Origin: Lophium mytilinum | Taxonomy: Eukaryota | Direction: 5' to 3' | Assembly: GCA_010093605.1 (NCBI GenBank) | Contig: MU004186.1 | Coordinates: forward strand, 1,406,616-1,470,615 | Length of the DNA stretch: 64,000 nucleotides | Part shown: in pieces, positions 49,093-62,663 of the stretch | How the letters are laid out: each line of letters opens with the position of its first letter | How positions within the stretch are numbered: position 1 is the stretch's first letter | The notes under the pieces: generated by a model | Told to the model about the DNA's origin: nothing | The model's database searches: none | The model's input: the letters and a program-made list of their open reading frames with translations, nothing else | Translations under genes and position numbers: made by a program

Positions 49093-50560
49093 CTAGTTGT
49101 TCTTCGCGTTCATTTCACCAGCTGGAATGTAGATAAGCGTGTTGAAATCCGAGTCCGAATCAAAGACCGTGTAGCCATCATCCGGAGAGCCGCTGATGCT
49201 TCTGTCACCGTATTGCCTGAACGCCATTATTAGAAGCCATCATCAACAACGATTACGTTCAATACATACCAATACATCTGGCCAGCTGTAGCGGAGTTCT
49301 TGACCGCACTATTCCAGGTCGGATACACCGAATCACGAGAACTAGCACTGTTCAGGCCATATTCCTATGATCAATTAGTCTTACGCGAAGATTCTGTTTT
49401 CGAACCCGGATCCTTACCTCCATAATCACTGGTTTCCCATATTTCGTGGCAGAAGCGGCATGATCTGTAATCCACTTGCTTCCCATGCCCGACGCATCAG
49501 AGTATCCCCAACCCGTTGGGTAGAGATGGTAAGTACCAAAGTCCAGCGTAGAGACCTGCAGATTCTGATCGAAATCAATGCCGTCGCTACCCGAGTAGAC
49601 GTAGCTGTTTGCATTGTTGTTGTAGAATCCTTCGTCACCTAAGCTGACAAGATGGTTGCCATCGATGGATTTGATGTATGCGCTAAAGCTCAGGTTAGTA
49701 ACTGCGTAGGAATATTCCCAGAAGTTCGTTACCTCATTTCGGACGCCCAGTTAGTGATAGTCCAAGTATTGCAAGAGCTAGATGCGGAAAGGCCGCTGCC
49801 ACCTCCATTTGCGCATCGGCATTCGTTGCAAAGCTCCCAAGCCATGATTGCGGAAGAGGCCTGGCTCATGTCAGCGTATATGGTTGTGTTCGATACTTCT
49901 TCCACTCACCTTGTACCGAGAGACAACAGCATTGACATATTTCTTGTAGGCAGTCTTTGCTGTGTCCCAGGTATAGAATTGATCATGATAGCTGCCTCCG
50001 AGCTGCTTGACGTACACATCCATTCCACCATAATCTCCCCAGTTGTTGACCAAGGTGATAATCAGCTTCACGCCAGCGTCCGAGGCAGCTTGAACAACGG
50101 TGTCCATATGCCCGAGTCCGTTGCTTCCATAATTTACGGTGCCAATTTGACCGCTCCAGCTCTGGTAATATATACCACTTGGTGAAGTCACATCATTGAA
50201 TCCCCACTAAAATTGAATTAGCTGGTTTAGATTGGTCGATTGTAGTTTAGTTGCATACCACTCTGCAAACCATCAAACCCTTGCTTGCCATAGTTTTGAA
50301 AGCTGTTTGGATGTCGCCTGCATTCTGAAGTTCAAGTCAGCCGTTTATTATACTATTCAGTCAGCGGAGGTTCCTACATCGTGGAATGAGAGCCAATAAG
50401 CATTGGTGCCGAAGAAATAGAAGTTCTTGCCATCAAGCGCGAAGTGAGTCCCCGATCGCTGTACAAACCCGGAAGCGCGAGGACTCAGATCAGTAGGCGC
50501 GGCTGTAACCGTGCCCGCAAGAGCTACAAAGCTTGAAAATAATAAAGTTGAGACCCTCAT
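49093..50560 (-). CDS. Secreted GH5 (subfamily 7-like) endo-1,4-beta-mannanase, many short introns
   Basis: Signal peptide, FYFFGTNAYWL, LVNNWGDYGGMDVYV, AWELCNECRC (acid/base E), LGDEGFY, DFGTYHLYP, KPVIMEEYG (nucleophile) and DGYTVF. Confidence 0.93.
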
Positions 50561-52241
50561 AGCGAAAATGTCTGTTGCGATACCATAGTTCTGGCGGTAG
50601 TTGACCGGTACATATATCATAGACACCTGAGTCGACAAGGAAGGAGAATTTGAGTGGAGATCTCATGACCAACTGTAGATTGACCCTGGGCTTCTATCAA
50701 AGTAAACCTCATTCCGGACTGAAGGAAGCGGGTATTTGTAAGAGAAAGGGAGAGCATGGGCCATGATTGGACCGAACCTACTCATAAGTATGATCATACT
50801 AGAAGAAAGCTCCTACGCGAAGGTAGAGGAAAAAGTAGTACACAACTCCCACCAATCTACGTAGAGGGGGTCCGACGCTCTCGGCCCGGAGGAGGACCTC
50901 CGCGTAGAAACAACCTATATGACATCAAAGTAAGAGTCTCATCAACTTGCCGAGGCAAATTCAGATCGTTTACATGCTAATCACCATCTCGGGGCGGTGC
51001 AAATATAGATTGAGGATCTCCACAAACTGTTAAATATAGCCTAATGTCCCCTTGAACTGCGGGGCGGGAGCAGGCAGAGTCTCTATCATCCAATGAATGC
51101 GACAAAGTGACTTGTATCCATCGCAGGGCGACGGGTAAAGGTGAAATGATGATAGTGCTACACAAGTAAGCCCCTTAAGGAGATTTTCCAACAACTCCGT
51201 AACGACCATGACTTTGCACCTTGGGAGGGCTTCAGACCCCATTCTTCGGTGCGACAGGAGTCGAACAGTGTTCTATTACAGCATCTAGGTCTAGGATAGT
51301 GTATATTGATACAACGGGATGTTGTGAGAGTCGTCAGTGAAAAGTGGAGAGGTTGTGGAGGTTATGCGCTAAGCCGAATAGGGCGGAGTCTTTTTTCGCT
51401 AAAACTGTCTACAACGCGTAAACTTTATCTACACTTCCATCGCGGCCTACCTCGTACGTCCACCCTCCCCTCCATTACGAAATTAAACCGACCCTACGTA
51501 GTTTTCGTCTCTGATAGGAGTCTGTAGAAAACATATGCCTGACTGATCAAGCGCTACTGCCAGCATCACCTGTCGCGTACCTAGCTCTTCGCCAAACAAC
51601 ACCACCACCAACCTTCAAACTTACTAGGGCGCCAGAACACCATTGTGTCATAGAGTGTGGGCACTGTAGAGGGTCTAGCGCGATAGGGGACTTTGCCCGA
51701 CGTGTTTGTGCAGATCAGACTACCCGTGTCTTTCGCTCCTGGACTGTCACCATTGCTGTCACTCCTTACAAGCTCGACACTGTTGATCGCGAGTCCAGAA
51801 GCGCTGTTCCAAGGCCTTGGCAGGTAGGTGCTAGTAACACGCAATCGCTGAAACCCTTCTCAAATACCACCGTCGTTCGACCGCCTACCGATTGAGTTTT
51901 TCGATCCGCTGAGAAAGACTCTCGGACCATACGCGCCTTGTACTTGGAGACTTTCCGTTCATCCACCATCTTTTTACCAGGTTCTGGTACTCATGCACTG
52001 ATCCCTTGTCATCGCAGCATTCACTGATCCTACTCTGCGTGTGATATTAGCCAGCTCTCCTCTTACTTTCATTCACGGTCCACAGCCCGACTGCCATTGG
52101 GGCTTTTACAACAACCACACATGCTCTTCCACTACTTCTAGTCAGCAAGTCACTCTACTGGAGAAGCTATATCAACGGCAATTGAATCAACGGACGGCTG
52201 ACAAAGGCTTTTCATTTCTCACCAACCCACAACCACCCACC

Positions 52242-53657
52242 ATGGCTTCCGACAGCAGCCACACTCTTTCAGGAGACTCACCACCAACTCAGACCCCCCC
52301 GTCGTCCAAAGAAAGCCACAAAGCCCGGATCACCCCCCGAAAAATTGGCATTGAGAGTCCGCGAGGCCAAAAGCGCACATCGAGTGGCGTGTACAAGGGA
52401 TTCCTCACTCGGAAAGGCTCTGCCGCTGATCCGCATCTCACCCACTCCACCACCGATACCACCCATCATACACAGATTGAAAAGTACGAGACTCCTCACG
52501 CCGGACATGGTCTGAGGGCAGCCCAGCCCATGCCTCGTGGGACTTGCATCTTCTCCGAGTCCGCGATAGTCAGCCACCCGTGGACCGAGGACGGCGAGGA
52601 GTACTACACAACACCGGTACTGGAGCAATGCTTCAAACTCAGCGAGGCGAAGCAACAGGAGATCATCAGCTTACAAAACGTCGCCAAACCCGACACGTTT
52701 GACGAATGGCTTCCTTGGATCAGATCACTCTGGTGGAGGTTGGAAGAAGCAGAGAACGACATCCCCCAATCTCTCGCAAACAACCTTCCAGACGTCTTAA
52801 AGATGCCATTATCCGCCTGGCCCAAGAAACTGCGTCTCCAGAACGAGCTTGCTCAAGCAGTGCGCGCCTACAACCTCATCTGCGCTTGGGAAACACATAA
52901 CCGGAAGATCACCAACGTCCATAACCCGAAGAAGTTCCATTATGGTCTTTTTCTTAATACCGCCCGCTTGAATCACTCTTGCATACCGAACGCCAGAATC
53001 AGCTACTGCGAATCCCGTGGCATGATGACCGCGTACGCATTGTCTGACATCAAGGCTGGGGAGGAGCTTACAATCTCCTACCTCGAAGATGAGAGGACCG
53101 CAGATCTGCAGAACACCACGATCTTCATGAAGCGGGACGAGCGTCAAGCACAACTGAAACAGAAATGGGAGTTTGAATGCACTTGTCATGTATGCAAAAA
53201 CGCCGAGGTTTCCGCAGCGTGGGATGACCGCGTAACGGCGATGAAACCAATCCGAGCCTTCTTCAGCAAGATCGACGCCCCCTGGGCTCCGTTCTGGAAG
53301 TTTGCCCGCCTCAAGGAGCTGGGTAGGGCGGTCGAGGAGGGCATGAAGCTTCTACGTATGGTGGAGAAGCAGGGGCCGAAGAATATCGAGGTGGCGAGAA
53401 TGTAAGTGCCCAATGGCTCTTTATTGGTAATAGCTTAGCTAAACTGACATGTTCATAGTCGTGAAACGCTTGCTCGGCTAAACAGCATGATGGGTCGTGA
53501 TCCAGCCGCTATCCTATGCGCCAGAATCTCCTTGGAGGTAGCGGGCGCCGTTATGGGGAAGGATCATCAACGGTACGACCAGGCCCGATGCCTGGTCTGG
53601 GAGGTTGAGAGCGAAGAGTCGCAATGGGAGAGAGATACGCGACGCCGTTTGGAATAA
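52242..53657 (+). CDS. SET-domain lysine methyltransferase (Set5/SMYD-like); intron ~53402-53458
   Basis: GHGLRAAQPMPRGTCIFSE, GLFLNTARLNHSCIPNA, DIKAGEELTISY and post-SET WEFECTCHVC. Confidence 0.88.
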
Positions 53658-54410
53658 CCCGGTGGCGGTATCGGAGGATGAAGGCCACTTGGCACTCCAT
53701 CTTGATTGGATCGGTCTGGCACGTGGTCGTCTATGAGTCTATCCTGGACTGGCGTTTGCTACGTGACGCGCTGGCTGTACTCGTACTGGATCTCGCATGG
53801 GTACACTCTCGAGCTCTGTCCAAGTCAGCGTTTGGACGTTTATGCTTTGGATTGGTGGAACGACGGTGAGTCTGATATTCAAGCCTTGGGTGACTTGATT
53901 CTCTGCCTGTAATACTAAACGCAAAACAAGCTTGCGCAACAAGCGAGAGGAGTCAAAATCCGCACTGAGGGAATAGGAGGTGTCATGCAGAAAACATGAA
54001 GTGACAGTAGTCCTCGACACTAGAGCCAACGATCAATGCCTGTGGTATAGTCCCAGGACATAGATTTGCACGTCTCACCAATATCGAACCCCTGCTTCCC
54101 TCCATTCACATGCCGTGCCACCCTAAGAAGCACTCGTGGGTTAAAGCTGATTCACTCTATCAGGGACTTTGAAATCAAATCTACGTTACTGAAGATGTAT
54201 TGCAGCACTTCAAACAACTGGCAAGTGGTCAATGCATCGTATGAGGTCGTCACAATACAAATCACGTGTCGGCAAATACAGTAATCTAGCAAGACCGCTA
54301 GCAATCAATTTAGCATAAAGCTGCTGTACACAGTTCTCTCGAGACCATTGATAAGTAGAAAGTTTAATGGTTCCTCCCTCCAAAACACTACTGTCCTCTG
54401 ACACCCCGTT

Positions 54411-55586
54411 CTACCAACCATACTTCCCTCCTGCCTCTTTCTTGTTCCGCCTCCCCGCCGCGAAATGCTCCTCCAAGGCATCCTTCTGCGTACTTGCCGT
54501 ATTCACTAAACTCTTCAGACTGTTCTTCCCCGTTCCAGCAATCGACTTCAGCGCGTGGTGCTGCACCGTCTCGCCGGCTTGGCGCAGCTGCTCATTATGC
54601 GCATATTCGGCGTCTGTGTTGAAATTTGTGATATTCAGGGACGAAAGATCGCCATTCTTGGCTGCGTTCCGGCCGAGGAGTTGACGTAGTTCATGGGGTG
54701 AGAGATTGAGATCGGCTGCTACGGTCGACACAGTTTGGGGGGTATTTGTGGATGGGACAGGTTCCGAGAAGGCGGGATCTGGAATTTCAACTTCGTCGGT
54801 GGGTTCGGGGACGTGCAGGAGGGGAGTGTATTCGCCTTTGCTCGATGGTTCTCCTAGCTCCGGTGCGTCGGCTGGGGCCATAGAGAAGAGGGAGACCTTG
54901 GGCTTTGGCGCTGGTTTCTGCGTTGTTGTTGGTGTGGCTGGCGATCCCGCCGATGGTTTTACTGTGGGAGCCTTTTTGAGCGCAGCACTCGACACGCCGG
55001 CGGGCAGCACTTTTTTCTTCTTTTTGTTGGCTACGGAGAGCGGTCTGAACATCATGGGCTTCCCGACTGGCTTGATCTCCGGCTCCTGGGATTTCGGCTT
55101 CGCTGGTGCGATGCCTGGTGTGATGGTTCCAGCTGAAGCCGTACTGCCGTCTTCCTCTTCTGCGCCATAATCGGGTACTTCTACAGGCTCTCGACTGAAG
55201 CCGGGTGCTGCACCTGTCCGAAGATTGACACCGGAGCCAAGACCCTTGCCCAGTCGTTTTGTGCCCGGTGCCGATTCAGATGCGCTGCCTGCTGGAGCCG
55301 CCGTCTTTTTTGGGGCCGGTAGCATGCTGTTGAATGCGCTGAACGCTCCGCCACCAGTGCGGGCCTTCTTTGCTGGAGGTGCATCGGCTTCGATGTCGTC
55401 CTTGGGTCTGCTTGGGTTGGAGGGCGTTGGGAGGTTTAGCTTGATCTTGTTAGGGTTTGCGCGGTCGACGACCTTTTGGAAGGCGGGTTTCGATGAGAGG
55501 GAGGCTTTCGCAGCGGGTTTGGGCTTTGGAGGGGCGGGAGTGTCATTATCGGAGCCCTCAGAGTCAGAATATGCGACTAAATTCAT
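54411..55586 (-). CDS. PRCC-family protein (mitotic checkpoint regulator, MAD2B-interacting)
   Basis: MNLVAYSDSE start, Pro/Lys-rich middle, and C-terminal GKNSLKSLV...QKDALEEHFAAGRRNKKEAGGKYGW. Confidence 0.9.
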   Translation of the reverse strand: MNLVAYSDSEGSDNDTPAPPKPKPAAKASLSSKPAFQKVVDRANPNKIKLNLPTPSNPSRPKDDIEADAPPAKKARTGGGAFSAFNSMLPAPKKTAAPAGSASESAPGTKRLGKGLGSGVNLRTGAAPGFSREPVEVPDYGAEEEDGSTASAGTITPGIAPAKPKSQEPEIKPVGKPMMFRPLSVANKKKKKVLPAGVSSAALKKAPTVKPSAGSPATPTTTQKPAPKPKVSLFSMAPADAPELGEPSSKGEYTPLLHVPEPTDEVEIPDPAFSEPVPSTNTPQTVSTVAADLNLSPHELRQLLGRNAAKNGDLSSLNITNFNTDAEYAHNEQLRQAGETVQHHALKSIAGTGKNSLKSLVNTASTQKDALEEHFAAGRRNKKEAGGKYGW

Positions 55587-55813
55587 CGCTGCTGTTGTGT
55601 TATGCGGGTTTTTGTTGTGGTGGTGAAGTTTGAAGGTTGTTGAAAGTGCAACTCCAAAATGACGATGTCCAAGGGTCTCACCACGCGCCGATCCCCAGCA
55701 TCAACAGGTACCTACCCTCCACTCCTCACCTACACCCACTTCCAGCTGGCCTGGACGGCCCCAATGTTTTCGAGCAGCTATACAGCATAAGAGTATGTCC
55801 CTACTACCTCATT

Positions 55814-58463
55814 ATGTCTCTCCTACAGAACGAAGAGTAAGCCCCGTCTCTCCTCCGCCGCGTCTCCGCGCTGACCAGCCTCCAGCTTCGTCCTCTACCA
55901 GCTGCGCACAGCATACCTATCTTGCATCAAAGATGGCGTTGGTGAGCGCCTCATTACCGTCGACTCTACTGTCCTTAACAACCCGGCTTTTCGCGCCGCT
56001 GGCTGGGTCCCCAATGCCGCCGACATTCGACGCACCTATTCACCACCAATTCCCACTGCTATCACTTCCGACTACTTCCAGGCACCCCGCTCGGCCGGTC
56101 TGAAAGAGGGTTTTGGCGAAGATGATGAGGAGGGGGGTATGGTGACGGGAGGGGGGAGCAATGATACTGTGGGCCCTGCGCTGAATACCTCCAAGAGGAG
56201 GCGGCGGAAGGAGCAGATGGATGAGGATGATAGCAGTGATCTCAGCGACGAGAGCGACGATGATGCAGATGCTACGAGGTACGTAAAGGTCGTCCAGTAG
56301 TATATAGAATGTTCTAACGAGACTAGACCTGCCAACCAGATCAAGTTCACCAAGATGCCGTTGCGGACACGAGCTGGGTCTTCGCCCATACGCGGCTCTC
56401 ATCTACACAATACTCTCCTTTCAGGATCCAATACCCAGGACGGTCCGTCTTTGATGATTACATCGCCCTCCAGACCTCCCGATAGCCGGTTGCGACGAGG
56501 GTCCCTAGGGGCAATTGAGACGATCAAGGAGCGTGCAAGGCGAGACACTGTTACGAGCAGCGAGATGTCATCCGAGAATGAATTAGATCCAGTACTATTT
56601 CAAAGAAAGAAACTCAATCCCCACCGGGCGGCGAAAGCGAGCCAACTGCTCTCGGAGCGGATCCAAGAGGACGACCGCGAAGGCGATGCTCATTTGGACG
56701 ACCGTGATCAAGGAAACGAGTCTGACGATAGCACTTTGTCATCTGAGTTTGCTGGTACCGCGGACACGAACTCCATATTGGGAGATGTTGGGAATCCAAT
56801 GGATTCATCACCTCGTACCAACATGTCGACCATACCACCACCCATCACTCCCTTCAATGCCTCTCCAAAGAAAATCAGACAGGCTGCTCCCATGCTTCAA
56901 GCACTACCACCACCGCGCCCCATCAGCGTACTCCAGCCTGTCAGTGCACTCACTTTAGCTCTAAAAGCAAAGGACAAAAAGCCCGAGGATCCCCTGCAGC
57001 GATTTGCGACGCTGTCTGGCAAGGGCGATCCAAATCCCTTGTACATCAGAATTTATGCCCCATTCTCTTCAAAACCAAACAAACCTTTCGAGGTGCTTTT
57101 AAGGAAAACGCTGGACGACAATACTAAGGTTACTGTTTCCGAAGCTATTGGCCTTGCTCTGTACCGTTACAACGAGGAAAAGCTGGAGCCGCCCCTGCCT
57201 CCACAGAAACAAAACGTCAATCGTTGGGTGTTCCGCATGTACGAAGATGATGAAGTTGACATGGAATTTCCAGCACTCGCAAGGACGAAAGAAGTGACAG
57301 ATTTTGCTTCCAACAACAGCCGGGGCATGCGAGCCCGGTCGCGCGAGAAGCCCTGGGACGAATTTGCACTGGTGGAAGCAAACGAGCGCGAGTTCGCGGA
57401 CAACGAGAAGCTCACTCCACGATATAGTAAAGAAGCCGCTGCTGCTACTGAGGCTCCATCGAAAGCTGACCCCTTCACCACATCTACTACTGGTCCCAAC
57501 GGCAGAAGACCATCAATGTCAGGCCCAGCTGTTCCACCAAAGCCACCACCTGCGCCAGCCCGTTCATTCCGTAACCCCATCACGGGTCCATTATTTGCCC
57601 CTTCCAATATCCGGAAAGACAGCACAAACCTCCTCGATGCACCGGCAGTGACAACGTCTCATGCTACTCCCCGCACTGGGGCACCCAAAACCATCGCCGT
57701 CCACTTCACAGACGACAACTTCCAAACCCGCCACATGGCCATCCCTTGTACGACCGACACCTACATCGCCGAAGTCTTCGACCGCGTTTGCCACGAGCTC
57801 CGCGTCGACAAAGCCCTCTACGTCCTCAAAGTCTCCGGCACCGCCACCGTCGCACCCGCCGACCGTACCGTCGAAGCCCTCGGCTCCCGCACCGACCTCG
57901 ACCTCGCCCGCCGCCGCTTTATCGGCGACGGCGCCTACGGTCTCTCGGGCTCCCCTGGCTCAGAGTCTCCCAACGCGCCCCTCCTCATCAACACGCCCGG
58001 CGGCGTCACCAAAAAAGGTCACAAGAAAGCCGCACCCGTAGCAAGCAGCCTCATGCACCCCCTCTCTCAAAACCGCACTCCGGACGCCTTCCTCGCCGCA
58101 AACGCAAATTACCGCCGCTACGCCGTCACGCGCAAGCAGCCCATGTCCTTCTCGTCCTCCTCGGCGCGGATCCTCGCGTTGGATGGGGAGTACATGCACA
58201 TCATGCCGGGCGAGTCAACAAACAACCCGCACACGAAGCACATCATCGAGGGCGCGGGGGGCAAGACGACGACGGTGCATTTCAGCAGCGTGGTCGGGAG
58301 TAAAGTGTCGCGGCGGCATCCTCGGATGTTCAGGGTGGTGGTGTTCAAGGAGCGAGAAACGAAGCGTTATGACTTTGAGGCGCAAGGGGGCGCGCAGGAG
58401 GCGCGGGAGATTGTAGAGGAGATTCGGAGAGGGGTGGAGAGGTTTCAGGAGGGGGTGTTGTAA
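55814..58463 (+). CDS. sin1: TORC2 subunit Sin1/Avo1; introns ~55837-55886 and ~56278-56325
   Basis: Spliced N-terminus MSLLQNEDFVLYQLRTAYLSCIKDGVGERLI. CRIM region (FATLSGKG, VSEAIGLALYRY, DDEVDMEFPALAR) and PH region (RILALDGEYMHIMP, KRYDFEA). Confidence 0.93.
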
Positions 58464-58870
58464 GGCAGTTGGAGTGAGGTAGGATTGTGGGATGGTGGGG
58501 TGTTTATGCGTGCTATCTATCTCATGGGCAGGATCTGGGTTGATGTGGGATGGCTTTGGGCGGGGATTGGCGTTTGTGAAGGGGATGCTGTGATGGACTG
58601 GGACCACGGCCGCCGCATGTGGTGTACTGAGTATATTTGGGAGCGTTAAGGCGCCTATTGGTAAACGGACATGGGCGAGGAGTGGGGAATGCGCTGACTA
58701 CAAACAATGAAGAAAACTTGATGCCTTCCGAGTATCAATTCATTGAATCTCTAGCCTATCAAAAGTCTGTTAGACTTTCTGCTGTGGAAAAGGAACAGAC
58801 GGCACGGCACATCCAGGAGACACATCACGTGATACTCATGTACCCTTCAAATCGAGATGCCGTTGTGACC

Positions 58871-59298
58871 AGCGTATATACACGCTCAACTTGACACGCT
58901 ATTTTCACCTTACGTGCTCGAGTGCATCAAGCTACGCCTATTGACCTAAAGTATGGGCCCGTCGGCGCCTGGAAACTCGATTTTACACCCGCTAGGCATG
59001 TACCTATTACGCGGATGGGTCTACCGTCTTGACTGAGACTATACAGAAGCCCCCTTTGGCACGCTAGTAGACTCCCCTATACCAATGCTCGCAATAGAAC
59101 GTCCGAAATCGGCATCTCAAGCGCTGACGGCTGCCGACAGACCCACACATCAGCTCGCGAGGGCCCGGGTGGCCTGATACGCTTAATCGTGTAAGGTTGA
59201 GATAGCGCGCCAAGAGTGGCTTCTGTATAACCTCAGCCAATACTAGGGTAAGACAGGATATCTACCAGCATGCAACAAGGTGGGCGTATGTATACGCT
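58871..59298. repeat. Nested imperfect inverted repeats (fold-back / MITE-like)
   Basis: 59031-59066 pairs with 59203-59238 (~36 bp) and 58871-58888 pairs with 59281-59298. Confidence 0.7.
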
Positions 59299-59549
59299 TA
59301 GTGAATACGGCAGGATTCGCACGACTCAAAAACCAAGGAATAGAAACATTTGCACACAACCCGCACGCATCTCTGTCGATGTGGATTATCATTAATTCTA
59401 AAGGATCGTCCTAGCTATACCCAGCTCTCCCCACATTCCTAACTCATTAAAAGGATCGGATAGGTCACAGCCATGCCAGGCTTCGCTATGCTTTGAAAAA
59501 TACAGGTGTTTTTTTAAAGTCCGAAAAAGATTTTACGCGTGCCGGGTTC

Positions 59550-60040
59550 TTAGTTAATACCGCAGCTCTTGACGTCAGCAACAACGGCCGTCGCATCGAT
59601 GCGGCCGAGTTGCACGGCTTGGCCGTTCGTCAGGTCATTCAGCGCGGCTTCGGCGATGTTCCAGCCCGAGGCTGCGTGGTCGATGGCGAGGACGTAGATG
59701 GTTTTGCCAGTGGCGGCATAGGTGAGGGCGTAGCACGCGCCGCACTGGGGGGAGACAGTTAGTGGGTGTTTATGCATCTGGGGGTTAAGGGTAGGGTAGA
59801 GCGTACTTGAGCCGAGTTCCACCCTGCGATGCCGTCGAAGCCGCCGACGTTGGGGAAGTTGGGGATGTCGTCTTGGATCTTCCAGCCGTACTTGGTCTCG
59901 AGGCCGTTGCTGCCGTCGGAGCAGGACACGACGTTTAGGGACCGCGAGCCGTCGTCGTAGCCGGTGTCGTAGGAGACTGTGACGGCCGAGGCGGAGAGGG
60001 CGAGGGCGGCGAGGGTGGAGAGGGTGGTGGTGAATTTCAT
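59550..60040 (-). CDS. Cerato-platanin family secreted protein (SnodProt1/Sm1/Epl1-like); intron 59745-59806
   Basis: VSYDTGYDDGSRSLNVVSCSDGSNGL, IAGWNSAQCGACY, IYVLAID, ALNDLTNGQAVQLGRIDA and a C-terminal CG. Confidence 0.97.
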
Positions 60041-61990
60041 GGTGGTGGTTGGGATGTTTTAGGCGTTGGATGTAGAGGTGTGGTATGAGATTGAGATTGC
60101 TGAGACTGAGATTGAGATTGTGTGATGGAATGGAATGCTGTATGAACTGATGAGGGGCACAACAACAGGGACAGCCTCAATCATTTATACACAAAAGAGC
60201 CACTATGACCTACCGAGACCTACTAAGACCTTCCAAGACCTGCCATCTGCTCTACGTACGAACCCCTCCGTTCTCGTGCCTATACGATGCAGCTACCCGG
60301 CCATCCGTCGTGTCTCTCCCAGCACAGCGGCGCGGGTTGCACTCGCTCTCGCGACTCCACCAGGCACACCCTTCAATCACAACGGCCGCTGGACGGACGG
60401 TGAGCCGAGCAAGGCTGAGTGCTATAGCACCAGGCCCGCTTTTGGTGATCTGGCAGCCGGGATGCGGCTCTTCTCGCGCATCATTGCCCTTTTCCCCACC
60501 ACCCTAACCGCATTACGCCGGGCAGCTAGCAGCTTTTACGAGAGCGGACGTCATGTGTCGAGGCGACGCTGACAAGGTGTGAGTGTGGCGAGTACGCAGA
60601 GCGAGACCCGCGTGCAGTTGGCAGTGTCAGTGCACGGCAGTCAGGCAGTGGTGAGAGGGGTGATGGTGGGAGGTGGTGCTTGGGGTGGTAATGCTATATT
60701 TAGAGCTTTCAGGGACCCAGTAGGATGCCGAGGGGTAGGGCCGATGTAAATTCCCCGAGCTGCGATGTAACCGCCGACCGCGCTGGGCGAGGTATTGGGT
60801 AAGATGGTTCTGCTATACGCGTGCACGGTTTTATATTGGGTGCGTTGTTATAGGCAAAGAGCAGCGGCGGCGAGTTGAATCGGGTTGCTGAGTCTGCTTT
60901 TGGTCAAGCGGCTAGTAATACTGCTCGTTCTATAGCCTCACCTGCTTCTTCCAAGCCCTTCTTTCCCTCCCAGCGCTATTTTTGATCACGGCAGATGCCG
61001 CACGACGGACTCTATCGATTCTTACGTATATGAAAACCTAGGAAGGGGTGACATCTGCAGATGCTGGGCAAGATGGAGTTGTCAGTCTCTTGAAGGTTGA
61101 AACTTGTCGTCCTTGGCTGCGAACGACTTCGCTCAAACCCGCTCATCTTTCTTCTCAAACCCGCGCATTCGTGGCATATAAGTATTCGCGAGTCCCCTGC
61201 ATGCTCACCTTGTTTGTTTCTGTCCAGCACTATTGTTTTTGAACTCACCACGTTGTGCCGTTGCGTAAGTCAGTGCCGCCGACCCTTTTGCGCCGAAAAG
61301 AACACTTCACCACCCATTCCCCTCGGCCGCCGTCTCTACAGCAGAGACAAAACGCGGAGACAGCCCCCGGCGCCAGGCACGCCGGCCAAAGCTTGAGCAA
61401 AACCTTCCTCTGACGCTGGGGGCCGAGCCAGGCAGTGTCTCCAAAACTCAGGGGGGCCGCCTGACACACGTCTCGCAGCCCCGCGATACACCAACCCCGT
61501 TTCACCCCCTTCCAACAAACATCTAGACTGCACTCTAGCTAATGGCAGCCCGGCTATCACGACCCAGAGAGAGCGTCCCCGCCACGCAGTCGACACAGGA
61601 GCTCTCGCTTCCCGAGCGGTGATGGTGGCTGAATTCAGGCGCTGAGGCCGCTCGCCGCCAATCAGAATGCTCAGGAAGCCCGCCCATCCGAGGCGCAAAG
61701 CGGTTACACAGACGTCCTCACACTCCCACCGTCTCGTACCTGTTTCTGCCATGGCGCGCAACCTCCGTGCATATTTGTAGTATGGCTCGTTGAAGCGTCG
61801 AAGTTTCGTGGCTGGGTTTGTATAAAGAGTGAGGGCCAGCTCCATTAGACTCGACACTATCAACTCAGGCAGGCCCAAGCATTTTTCCATTCAAATCAAT
61901 AAATACATCACATATACCCCCTTCTTTCTATTAATACCTATTCATTCACGAGCAAGTCTCTTTTTCCCCACAGCCAAAACAACCATCACC

Positions 61991-62663
61991 ATGCATTTCT
62001 CAACCCTCTTCACCACCGCCGTCCTGGCCTCCACCTCCCTAGCTGCGGACTTCGCCGTCAAGGTCTCCAACATGAACGGCGACCTCGCCTTCACGCCCAA
62101 CAACACCAAAGCCGCCCAAGGCGATACCGTCACCTTCCACTACTACCCCGCCGACCACTCCGTCGCCCAGGGCACCTTCGCAAAGCCCTGTGAGCCCAAA
62201 GCCAACGGCTTCTGGTCCGGCTTCGTGCCCGTCGCCAGCGGCGTGAGCCCCACCACCTTTGTGGTCACCGTGAATGACACCAAGCCCATCTGGTTCTACT
62301 GCACCAAGGCGAACCATTGCCAGAAGGGCATGGCGGGCGCCATAAACGCACCGTACGTGTTAAATGTGCTCGCCTCGAATGTTGCCCTAGCTAATTTAAA
62401 TCAGTGATACCGGCAACACCACTGATGCTTACATCGCCGCCTCCGAAAAGGCGGCGTCGAACGTCACCCCGCAGAATGTGGCGATCGGCTTCGGCGGCAA
62501 GCTGGCGAACAGCACCAGCGCGTCTGGCTCGCCGACTGCCGCGTCGGGCACGGCGACGGGCACTGGCGCCGCGCAGTCGGCGACTGGTACTGGTGCGGCG
62601 TCGGCGGTGGGGCTATCGAAGGGCTTGGGGCTTGCTGCGCTTTTGGGCTTCTTGGTTGTGTAA
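61991..62663 (+). CDS. Extracellular Ser/Thr-rich cupredoxin, probably GPI-anchored; intron 62353-62404
   Basis: Signal peptide, GDTVTFHYYPADHSVAQG.F.KPC, PIWFYCTKANHCQKGMAGAINAP, an S/T/A/G linker and a hydrophobic C-terminus. TATAAA at 61821. Confidence 0.93.

Noticed and set aside
57591..58607. Long alternative-frame and antisense ORFs over sin1 (also over hemH, the lipocalin gene and PRCC)
   Set aside because: Shadow ORFs caused by high GC3 codon bias.
60135..61890. ORFs 60135-60572 and 61336-61890
   Set aside because: No motifs; the region is best read as the divergent promoter region of cerato-platanin and the cupredoxin.
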